Origin: Candidatus Micrarchaeota archaeon
GTDB lineage: Archaea; Micrarchaeota; Micrarchaeia; Norongarragalinales; UBA8480
Reading direction: 5' to 3'
Length of the DNA stretch: 64,000 nt
Assembly (NCBI GenBank): GCA_021812145.1
Contig: JAKAOM010000003.1
Location: forward strand, 11,737 to 75,736
The notes beneath the pieces were generated by a model. It was not told where the DNA came from and did no database searches. It was given only the letters and a program-made list of their open reading frames with translations. Each line of letters opens with the position of its first letter. Positions within the stretch are counted from its first letter, which is position 1. A program made the position numbers and the translations under genes. This document shows positions 55,458 through 62,185 of this stretch, one piece after another.

Positions 55458-56413
55458 CTTAACTCCAACTTCATTTTATCGTAAAACGCTACCTTTCTTC
55501 TTGTCTCATCAAACTCTTGCGCCACACCATACTCTTCTGCAATTTTTTTAAGTCTTTGAATGTTAAACCTGCCCTCATTCTTAGCAAAAAACAATTCAAG
55601 AACCAGAAGATCCTGCTGTTTAAGCTTGGCTAGCAAGAGAGCGTGAGCAAAAAAATCTTCTATAGTTAGCTCTTCTTTTTTCTCATCAAGATTGAAGTAA
55701 TAATCCCTGAACGAGGTTAGCGTTGCTTCCAAGCCTTTCTTGGCAAGCGCGCTCACACCGGTTTCAGAAAAGAACTCCGGAACTTTACCAGCAGTAGTTC
55801 TAACAATCGCGTGCTTTCTAACCCTAACCGAAGCGTTTTCAACACCCTCAAGCTTTTGCTGAATTAACAATTGAATATTATCAGCATAAGAAATCGCGAA
55901 CGAGTACACCAAACTATCTGAAACAATAATGGAATTGTTCTTCTTTTGAATCAAGCCCGCGCCTTCAAGCCTTCGCAAAACCTTGTAAAGAGTCGTTTTA
56001 GAACAACCAGCTTCTTTTAAAAGAACTTCCATGCTGGTTCCCTCCTCTTTTCCAAAACCCAGAACACCAAGCATTGAACCCTGATGGTGTGATATTATCT
56101 GATGCGCGTCTCCAATGGCGCTGACCAAAACGCTCAAAGCAAAACCTGAAAGAAAACCTTCTATATTAGAGCCAGGCCTTGAATCTGAAAGGATTTTGAA
56201 AGTTTGAGCATGCCCGGCAATAGAAAGTCTCACTGTTTTTCTAACCCCCTGCTTTTCTGTTAACACCAAACCTTTCTCATTTAAGTCTTTTAAAACGCGT
56301 GACAAAAAACTTCTCTTAACGCCCAACCGCCATGCCAAAGCTCCAGCCGACCACTCTTTCTGGCAAACCAACCGAAGAACCCTAATCTCTATTTCACTTA
56401 ATTTAAACTTCAT
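55454..56413 (-). CDS. Double winged-helix transcriptional regulator, AbiEi-like antitoxin candidate
   Basis: Two wHTH segments: AGALAWRLGVKRSFLSRVLKDLNEKGLV and LLKEAGCSKTTLYKVLRRLEGAGLI. Confidence 0.55.
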   Translation of the reverse strand: MKFKLSEIEIRVLRLVCQKEWSAGALAWRLGVKRSFLSRVLKDLNEKGLVLTEKQGVRKTVRLSIAGHAQTFKILSDSRPGSNIEGFLSGFALSVLVSAIGDAHQIISHHQGSMLGVLGFGKEEGTSMEVLLKEAGCSKTTLYKVLRRLEGAGLIQKKNNSIIVSDSLVYSFAISYADNIQLLIQQKLEGVENASVRVRKHAIVRTTAGKVPEFFSETGVSALAKKGLEATLTSFRDYYFNLDEKKEELTIEDFFAHALLLAKLKQQDLLVLELFFAKNEGRFNIQRLKKIAEEYGVAQEFDETRRKVAFYDKMKLELR

Positions 56414-56604
56414 ATATTAAAATTAGTTAATAATACATTAATAAAGTTAACTATTATTTATAAAAAACATTTATAAATGTTTATATTGCAATATATATTT
56501 GTTGGAGATAACTGCAGTTTTTTACTGAAGTGAAAAACCCTGTCTTTTGAATAGCAAACATTTAAATACTTAATTAATTATTAATATATTAGAGGGCGAT
56601 TAAC

Positions 56605-56787
56605 ATGACAAACCTATATTTTAAAGGAGTTGGAATCGGGCTTGTAATAGCTTGGGTTACAACCTTCCTAGCTTACTGGCTGCAAAGCAAGGGAATAAAG
56701 CACACAAAAATTCCCATACCAACCGCGCTCATACTGTTAGAGATAGTGTTAAGCGTGATATTCCTCGCAGTATCATTTTTAACATAA
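56605..56787 (+). CDS. Small 2-TM membrane protein upstream of arsR-family gene
   Basis: 60 aa with two hydrophobic helices. It ends 12 nt before the arsR-like start. Confidence 0.4.
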   Translation: MTNLYFKGVGIGLVIAWVTTFLAYWLQSKGIKHTKIPIPTALILLEIVLSVIFLAVSFLT

Positions 56788-56798
56788 CGTGATAATCA

Positions 56799-57107
56799 AT
56801 GGGAACAGTGTGGAAGGCTTTAGCAGACGACAGCCGCAGACAAGTTTTGCTCATGCTCATAGAAGGCGAGATGACCCCCAGCGAAATGGCAGCCAAGTTT
56901 AACTTCACCATGCCGGCCCTATCCACCCACCTAAAAATTCTAAGAGACGCTGGACTAATAGTAGAACGCAGGGAGGGAAAGAGAAGGCTCTACTCGCTAA
57001 ACGCCAACGGCATGAACGAACTATTCGAATTCGTGGACTCGTTCTGGGCCTACCCGCTGCACAACCTAAAAAACTACTTCAAAGGCAGAGCGAAACACAA
57101 GGAATGA
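56799..57107 (+). CDS. ArsR/SmtB-family winged-helix regulator
   Basis: ALADDSRRQVLLML..GEMTPSEMAAKFNFTMPALSTHLKILRDAGLIVERREGKRRLYSL. Confidence 0.85.
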   Translation: MGTVWKALADDSRRQVLLMLIEGEMTPSEMAAKFNFTMPALSTHLKILRDAGLIVERREGKRRLYSLNANGMNELFEFVDSFWAYPLHNLKNYFKGRAKHKE

Positions 57108-57240
57108 TTTTTCTCTAAAGGCAGCGAATTACAAGAAAAACCACAAAAAATATGGAATTTCAAGAAAAAACCATACGAATGAATGAAGTTTTAAAAAAAA
57201 ATAATTACAAAAAAATGATTTAACGCCGGCAGTGAGGGGT
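57051..57240 (+). repeat. Repeat R1 (~190 bp): last 57 nt of the arsR-like gene plus downstream region ending in motif copy c
   Basis: Near-identical to 61145-61338 apart from a few substitutions and A-run length changes. The left part also matches 59290-59391. Confidence 0.85.
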
Positions 57241-57256
57241 TGAAAGATTTATAAAC
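57222..57256 (+). promoter_or_regulatory. Conserved motif copy c (AACGCCGGCAGTGAGGGGT) plus TATA-like ATTTATAAAC
   Basis: The motif-to-TATA offset is 25 bp. It lies 82 nt upstream of the ATG at 57338. Confidence 0.5.
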
Positions 57257-57337
57257 ACTGAAAAGTAGATTTATAATAACGAAGAGAGGCCCTCATCTCT
57301 TTTTGCATGCCTCTGCCCTTGAAAAAGGTGAACATGT

Positions 57338-57652
57338 ATGAATACATACGCTGAAATTAAAATAAAAAGCAGGATATCCGAAAACCTGGCCACGCGAGAG
57401 TCAGCCGACAGCTTCTTTAACACGATAGAAAAACTACGCGCAGAAAAAATAATCGTCAACTTCTCAGGTGTGACGTTCATGTCAAGATCTTTCGCCCACC
57501 AGTACCTAACAAGAGAGAAAGAATCAAACAAACAGATAACAAACACTCACGAGCCAAAAGAAGTTAAAAAAATGCTTGAATTGGTAAAAGAATCAAAAAA
57601 CGCTCCTGCCATACACTTCAACACAGGCAGGATAGCCGCCCTGCATTTGTAA
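57338..57652 (+). CDS. STAS-like DUF4325-type protein
   Basis: LATRESADSFFNTIEKL...KIIVNFSGVTFMSRSFAHQYL matches the DUF4325 pattern (tR..a......v.lDF.gV..is.SFadE). Confidence 0.5.
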   Translation: MNTYAEIKIKSRISENLATRESADSFFNTIEKLRAEKIIVNFSGVTFMSRSFAHQYLTREKESNKQITNTHEPKEVKKMLELVKESKNAPAIHFNTGRIAALHL

Positions 57653-57812
57653 AAATCTTCCATGAAATCTAAACCACAAACTAAAACAGGAAAAGTTTCA
57701 AAAAACTACCTCAAAAAGCTTGAGAGGATACGCAAGGGAAAGTTCACAAGAGTGAAAAGCTTCGCAAAACAATACAAAAACCAGCATTAAACGATAAATT
57801 AATTTTTTATTT

Positions 57813-57986
57813 TTACCAGTACGCCTTGTTGGCCCAGATGAAAAAACCTATCAATACAATCAAAACTAAAAATAACACCATCACCGCGCTCAACCCTATA
57901 TACCACCAAATCGCTGGAAAAGCGACGACTATTGCTATTGCAGTGAGGATGAATTGAGCTTTTTTGCCAGGATCATCATTTAACAT
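57813..57986 (-). CDS. Unlisted 57-aa 2-TM protein
   Basis: MLNDDPGKKAQFILTAIAIVVAFPAIWWYIGLSAVMVLFLVLIVLIGFFIWANKAYW. It falls below the track cutoff. Confidence 0.3.
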   Translation of the reverse strand: MLNDDPGKKAQFILTAIAIVVAFPAIWWYIGLSAVMVLFLVLIVLIGFFIWANKAYW

Positions 57987-58141
57987 TTTTCAACAAACAA
58001 ATTATGGTTGAATATATTAAAAATGTTTTTACACCGCTTAACAAATATACACAAGTAAGAAACACTCTAAGCTTTGGATTTAATAGCAAAAATATAATAA
58101 ACACAAACAACATAACTATTATTTGTAAGGTGATGCTATTC

Positions 58142-58375
58142 ATGAAGAGATATTTTAGAGTGATCATAGAAAAGGATGAGGACGGGGTTTACATTGCAAC
58201 AGTGCCTGAACTGCCTGGATGCGTTTCTGACGGCAAAACAAGAAGGGAAGCGCTTACAAACGTCAAGGAAGCAATATCAGGCTATCTGGAAACACTAAAA
58301 GACATGAATTGGACTATGCCTAAAATTGTAGGGGTGGACAGGGTGCTGGTGAACGTAAATGCCGCACCTGCCTAA
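58142..58375 (+). CDS. hicB: HicB-family antitoxin
   Basis: YFRVIIEKDEDGVYIATVPELPGCVSDGKTRREALTNVKEAISGYLE. Confidence 0.8.
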   Translation: MKRYFRVIIEKDEDGVYIATVPELPGCVSDGKTRREALTNVKEAISGYLETLKDMNWTMPKIVGVDRVLVNVNAAPA

Positions 58376-58580
58376 CGTTTCCGCCTCTAAAGTCATAAAA
58401 GCCCTTTGCAAGATAGGCTATGTTTTCAACAGGCAGAAAGGAAGCCACATAATACTAGTAAACCCAGAAAGACACAAAATAGCCGTAATTCCAAACCGCA
58501 AGGAAATACCCACAGGAACGCTAAGAGCAATAATAAACGAAGCAGGCCTCACGGTTGAAGAATTCCTAAAACTATTATAA
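58359..58580 (+). CDS. hicA: HicA-family mRNA-interferase toxin
   Basis: SASKVIKALCKIGYVFNRQKGSHIILVNP...IPNRKEIPTGTLRAIINEAGLTVEEF. It overlaps hicB by 17 nt. Confidence 0.85.
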   Translation: MPHLPNVSASKVIKALCKIGYVFNRQKGSHIILVNPERHKIAVIPNRKEIPTGTLRAIINEAGLTVEEFLKLL

Positions 58581-58587
58581 AAATAAT

Positions 58588-58642
58588 TTACACAAGTAAG
58601 AAAAACTCGGTTCTTATAAAAAAAGAGGCTTTGTGTAAGTAA
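58588..58642 (+). repeat. 55-nt imperfect-palindrome element X1 downstream of hicA
   Basis: TTACACAAG ... CTTTGTGTAA form 9 bp with one bulged T. About 70% identical and colinear to 62088-62142. Confidence 0.6.
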
Positions 58643-58678
58643 TTCAGAAAATCGGTGATTACTTGCACAGAAAAGCGA

Positions 58679-59206
58679 TTATTTAAGCAGGTTTTTCATT
58701 ACTTCTGGCATGGATTGTTTCACCTGTTTTTTGACCTGCAATTTAGTGAACAGGTCTTTGAGTTCTTGCTCGTTATCTGCTTCTATTTCAAGTGATGGGC
58801 GATATTTTTCTATATCCTCAATGAACACGCGGTTTTTTCCTAACTGGTACTGCCACCCTTGCCGTGAAAATTCAAACCCAAAATCAAAATCTTTGCCTAA
58901 CTCTTTTTCAATAAAATTCAGCGCTTCTTTTTCAGTATCAAATTCTTTCCTTAAGGCGACTTTGTCTATTTTGCCTATCTTTTGAAACTCGGTCTTTTTT
59001 CTAACCAGGATAACGTTTTTTGTGTTCCAGTTGTTTTTGGAAAGAACTCGCACTCTTAAGAAGTCGTCCGTTAGATTGTATGTTTCTTTCCTGGGAACAA
59101 AAATTATGTCTTTAAAGGCATAATTGCTTTTGAAAACGCCGCCAAGACCCTCAACTTTTTGCCGAGCAATTTCAACACTTTCTATTATCCCCCTGCCTTC
59201 AATCAT
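58679..59206 (-). CDS. CYTH-like (class IV adenylate cyclase / triphosphatase fold) protein
   Basis: DDFLRVRV, then RQGWQYQLGKNRVFIEDIEKYRPSLEIEA, resembles CyaB/CYTH (alRiR ... K.R..y....v.lD.v.glG.f.EiE). Confidence 0.45.
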   Translation of the reverse strand: MIEGRGIIESVEIARQKVEGLGGVFKSNYAFKDIIFVPRKETYNLTDDFLRVRVLSKNNWNTKNVILVRKKTEFQKIGKIDKVALRKEFDTEKEALNFIEKELGKDFDFGFEFSRQGWQYQLGKNRVFIEDIEKYRPSLEIEADNEQELKDLFTKLQVKKQVKQSMPEVMKNLLK

Positions 59207-59289
59207 ACAAATATTTTGGGTAAGGAAGTTTAATTAAAGTTTAGAACTGTACACTTTTCCCTCATGGCTCCCCCCTTGCATCACTCCGG

Positions 59290-59391
59290 AACGGCATGAA
59301 CGAACTATTCGAATTCATAGACGCGTTCTGGGCTTACCCCCTGCACAACCTAAAAAACTACTTCAAAGGCAGAGTGAAACACGAAGACTAA
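59290..59391 (+). pseudogene. Orphan copy of the arsR-like gene 3' end (repeat R2)
   Basis: Encodes NGMNELFEFIDAFWAYPLHNLKNYFKGRVKHED*, against NGMNELFEFVDSFWAYPLHNLKNYFKGRAKHKE* in 56799..57107. No upstream HTH part is present. Confidence 0.8.
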
Positions 59392-59485
59392 AAAATAGCA
59401 AAACTAAAAAAACCTGAACGGAAAACCTTAAATACAACCTTAATCTTAAAATAAGAAAGTAAGAATTATAGAAAAGGTGATTCAA

Positions 59486-59761
59486 ATGAACGTGGAGATG
59501 ATAAGAATGTCTTCAAAAGGCCAGATAGTGATACCTCAAGACATAAGGCAGTATGTCAGCGCGGGAGAAGGAACGGCTTTCGCCGTCATAGGAAGCAAGG
59601 ACACCATAGTGCTTAAAAAGATAGAAATGCCTTCCAAAGAATCTCTAATAAAAGAACTCAAAACAATGGCTGAAGAAGGAAGCAGAAGAATGAAAAAACT
59701 AGGCATAAAAGAAGAAAACGTCAACTCAATCATACACAAAAGAAGGTTAAAACAGCAATGA
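59486..59761 (+). CDS. AbrB/SpoVT-family antitoxin
   Basis: IRMSSKGQIVIPQDIRQYV. AGGTGA lies 8 nt upstream of the ATG at 59486. Confidence 0.8.
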   Translation: MNVEMIRMSSKGQIVIPQDIRQYVSAGEGTAFAVIGSKDTIVLKKIEMPSKESLIKELKTMAEEGSRRMKKLGIKEENVNSIIHKRRLKQQ

Positions 59762-60159
59762 AAGTAGTTTTCGACACCAACGTGCTTATATCATCAACAA
59801 TATTTGACAAAAGCGAAGCTCAGAAACTATTATTCAAGCTTATTCAACTTGAAATTCCAATCTTCTCATCAACGCAGATATTAGAAGAATATCAAAACGT
59901 GCTGAAAAGAGACTTCAAATACTCTGACGAAGAAACTGCAAACATCACAAAAAAGATGCTGTCCTTTCTGACACTTGTAGAATCAAATCAGAAAATCAAC
60001 CTCATAGAAGAAGACCCAGATGACAACAAAATCATTGAATGCGCTGTGGCGTCAAACTCCGATTTTATCGCCACCTACGACCCGCACCTGATCAAAATCA
60101 AGAAATATTGCGAAATAAGAATAATAACGCCCACAGATATGAGAAGATTGCTAAAATAG
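59758..60159 (+). CDS. PIN-domain toxin
   Basis: MKVVFDTNVLISS.., later EDPDDNKIIECA and FIATYD. 4-bp overlap with the antitoxin gene. Confidence 0.85.
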   Translation: MKVVFDTNVLISSTIFDKSEAQKLLFKLIQLEIPIFSSTQILEEYQNVLKRDFKYSDEETANITKKMLSFLTLVESNQKINLIEEDPDDNKIIECAVASNSDFIATYDPHLIKIKKYCEIRIITPTDMRRLLK

Positions 60160-60193
60160 AAACGCACTCGCGTAGTAAATAAGCGCAAACTTT

Positions 60194-60224
60194 ACAAAAA
60201 CATGGAATTTCAAGCAAAACCATG
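60194..60224 (+). repeat. Short copy (R2') of the central hairpin of repeat R
   Basis: ACAAAAACATGGAATTTCAAGCAAAACCATG, against ACAAAAAATATGGAATTTCAAGAAAAAACCATA in R1. Confidence 0.6.
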
Positions 60225-60300
60225 CTAAATAATTGTTGCTTTTTGGGTTTTAATGCATAATTTTTTAATCCAGTTCGATTCTAATATTTGATGATTTGTT

Positions 60301-60639
60301 ATGGTTGAAGTTAGGAATAAGAGAAGTGGTGTTGATGAGGCTGCGTATTTGAACGCTGCTCATTTGAAGCTTGCCGGCGCTGATCATAAGGTTATAGCTA
60401 ATTATTTGAACGCGAGGCATGGCCATGAGAGTATTGCCCTGGCGTTGCACAAGGTTGGTTTTGGCGAGGAAAAGATAATTTCGGCGTTGAACCAGAAAGA
60501 GCTTGGCCTGACCAACGCTGACAAAGCGAGAAGCTTAAGCATGCTCGTTGATAATTACAAGGACTTGCGTTTTAAAAAGATAGGAAAGGAGATAGAAAAA
60601 CTTAAAACCAAGCGGGTTTCAGGTTTAAAGCAAAGGTGA
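60301..60639 (+). CDS. Orphan protein, paralog 1 of a tandem pair
   Basis: YLNAAHLKLAGADHKVIANYLNARHGHESIALALHKVGFGEEKIISALNQKELGLTN aligns with the next ORF. Confidence 0.5.
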   Translation: MVEVRNKRSGVDEAAYLNAAHLKLAGADHKVIANYLNARHGHESIALALHKVGFGEEKIISALNQKELGLTNADKARSLSMLVDNYKDLRFKKIGKEIEKLKTKRVSGLKQR

Positions 60640-60645
60640 TTGTTT

Positions 60646-61089
60646 ATGGCGAGAGGCGGGATAGATGAATCGTTTTTTAGAGGTTTTGGTAAGCGTAATG
60701 TTGATCCTTTGGAACACTCACCGCGCGGCTCTGGCACCAAAGCTGAGAAAGCTTTTCACTCGCCGGAGGACGAGCATGACTTGAAGAAAATGGAGCTTAA
60801 AAAAATAAACTCGACACTAGACGCGTCCCATCTTAAAGCTGTCGGAGCTAATCACAAAATGATAGCCGCTTTTTTGAACATGAAGTACGGCCACGAGTAC
60901 ATTCCCTGGGCGTTGTACAAAGCAGGTTTCAGCGAAAGAAAAATCATCTCGGCAATAAACCAAAGAAAACTAGGGCTAAGCAACACAGAAAAAATGAGAA
61001 GCCTACACAAACTACGCACCGACTGGTACCTACCACTAGAAAAAATAGACAAAGAAATAAGAAAACTAGGACGACAAAACCAACCATAA
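60646..61089 (+). CDS. Orphan protein, paralog 2 of a tandem pair
   Basis: LDASHLKAVGANHKMIAAFLNMKYGHEYIPWALYKAGFSERKIISAINQRKLGLSN. It has an extra ~45-aa N-terminus. Confidence 0.5.
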   Translation: MARGGIDESFFRGFGKRNVDPLEHSPRGSGTKAEKAFHSPEDEHDLKKMELKKINSTLDASHLKAVGANHKMIAAFLNMKYGHEYIPWALYKAGFSERKIISAINQRKLGLSNTEKMRSLHKLRTDWYLPLEKIDKEIRKLGRQNQP

Positions 61090-61144
61090 AAAAAAGATTT
61101 TAGTTCATACTAAAAAAACACTCGTTTTTGAGAAAAAAGAGAAT

Positions 61145-61338
61145 TACCCGCCACACAACCTAAAAAACTACTTCAAAGGCAGAGTGAAACACAAAGAATG
61201 ATTTTTATCTAAAGGCAGCGAATTCCAATAAAAAACCACCAAAAATATGGAATTTCAAGAAAAAATCATACGAATGAATTAAGTTTTAAAAAAAAAATAA
61301 TTACAAAAAAAATGCTTTAACGCCGGCAGTGTGGGGTG
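61145..61338 (+). repeat. Repeat R3 (~194 bp): 18-codon arsR-like 3' remnant plus downstream region ending in motif copy d
   Basis: YPPHNLKNYFKGRVKHKE* followed by sequence colinear with 57108-57240. Confidence 0.85.
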
Positions 61339-61354
61339 CTAGGATTTAAATATT
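61319..61354 (+). promoter_or_regulatory. Conserved motif copy d (AACGCCGGCAGTGTGGGGTG) plus TATA-like ATTTAAATATT
   Basis: The offset is 25 bp. The box lies ~24-30 nt upstream of the ATG at 61376. Confidence 0.5.
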
Positions 61355-61375
61355 GTTTAATATATCTAAATTCAG

Positions 61376-61720
61376 ATGATAAAAGATATGAGTGTGACTG
61401 AACAAGCCTCAAAAGATATATTTATATACTTTAATGATATAAGTATAACTATGAAACAACAGCAAATTCAAATAATGCACTCGCCCACTCTAAACACGGT
61501 TTTGATGGTTGAAAAAACGCTTCAAGACTCAAAACAGGTAATAAAAGTGTCAGAACTGAAAAGAAGGCTTCCAAGACAGGTGATGCACAACACCCTTCTT
61601 CAAATACTAGACTATCTTCAGGAAAGCGGAAAAATACTCGTAACAACCAAAGGGGTTGTCTGGACCTACACCCCTCAAAACGTTATGGAAAAACTAAAGA
61701 GAGGGGGGCTAGAACTTTGA
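61376..61720 (+). CDS. Winged-helix-like small protein, candidate antitoxin/regulator
   Basis: VIKVSELKRRLPRQVMHNTLLQILDYLQESGKILVTTKGVVW. It overlaps the next gene by 4 bp, and the start is uncertain (internal ATGs exist). Confidence 0.45.
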   Translation: MIKDMSVTEQASKDIFIYFNDISITMKQQQIQIMHSPTLNTVLMVEKTLQDSKQVIKVSELKRRLPRQVMHNTLLQILDYLQESGKILVTTKGVVWTYTPQNVMEKLKRGGLEL

Positions 61721-62073
61721 AAACAATCAAGGTCATTCTTAAAAGCCAGGCAAGGAAAGAATATGAAACACTATCCAAACTTGTGCAGGAGCAGAGAAAA
61801 GAAGGCAAAACAAACTCAGAAGAAATCCAGCTCCTGAAATCAATAGACAAAAAAGTGGAAATACTAAAATACAACCCGGCGTACGGGAAAAACATACCTA
61901 AAAAGCTAATTCCAAACACGCTTGACGTCGACAACCTATTCAGACTAGAGCTAACCAACTACTGGAGGATGCTCTACACCATAAGAACAAACGAGGTTGA
62001 AATAATAAGCTTCGTATTATACATAATCGATCACCCAACATACGACAAAATGTTCGGATACAAAAAACGCTAA
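61717..62073 (+). CDS. RelE/ParE-superfamily toxin-like protein
   Basis: The C-terminal FRLELTNYWRMLYTIRTNEVEIISFVLYIIDHPTYDKMF resembles the RelE/YoeB core (yR.iY.i..n.v.i....i..H..Y). Confidence 0.5.
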   Translation: MKTIKVILKSQARKEYETLSKLVQEQRKEGKTNSEEIQLLKSIDKKVEILKYNPAYGKNIPKKLIPNTLDVDNLFRLELTNYWRMLYTIRTNEVEIISFVLYIIDHPTYDKMFGYKKR

Positions 62074-62087
62074 AAACCTAAAACAGT

Positions 62088-62142
62088 TTATACAAGTAAA
62101 CAACTAGCTTTTGAGAAAAAAACGGCTTTGTGCATAAAGTAA
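62088..62142 (+). repeat. 55-nt imperfect-palindrome element X2 downstream of the RelE-like gene
   Basis: TTATACAAGTAAACAACTAGCTTTTGAGAAAAAAACGGCTTTGTGCATAAAGTAA. Colinear with X1 (58588-58642). Confidence 0.6.
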
Positions 62143-62176
62143 AACTTTGTACACAACTTTAAGACTTTGTACACAA
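62125..62176 (+). repeat. Three direct repeats (G/A)CTTTGT(G/A)CA(T/C)AA at ~20-bp spacing next to the transposase 3' end
   Basis: GCTTTGTGCATAA (62125), ACTTTGTACACAA (62144) and ACTTTGTACACAA (62164). Confidence 0.7.
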
Positions 62177-62185
62177 GAATTTTTT

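Noticed and set aside
57006-62185. Calling the TA-cassette hotspot a bona fide integron or CALIN.
   Set aside because: No IntI-like recombinase lies in the window. I could not recognise canonical attC R''/R' cores (RYYYAAC/GTTRRRY) at the junctions. The repeats include a gene 3' end, which fits att-site duplication better. It is reported as an integron-like, unclassified hotspot instead.
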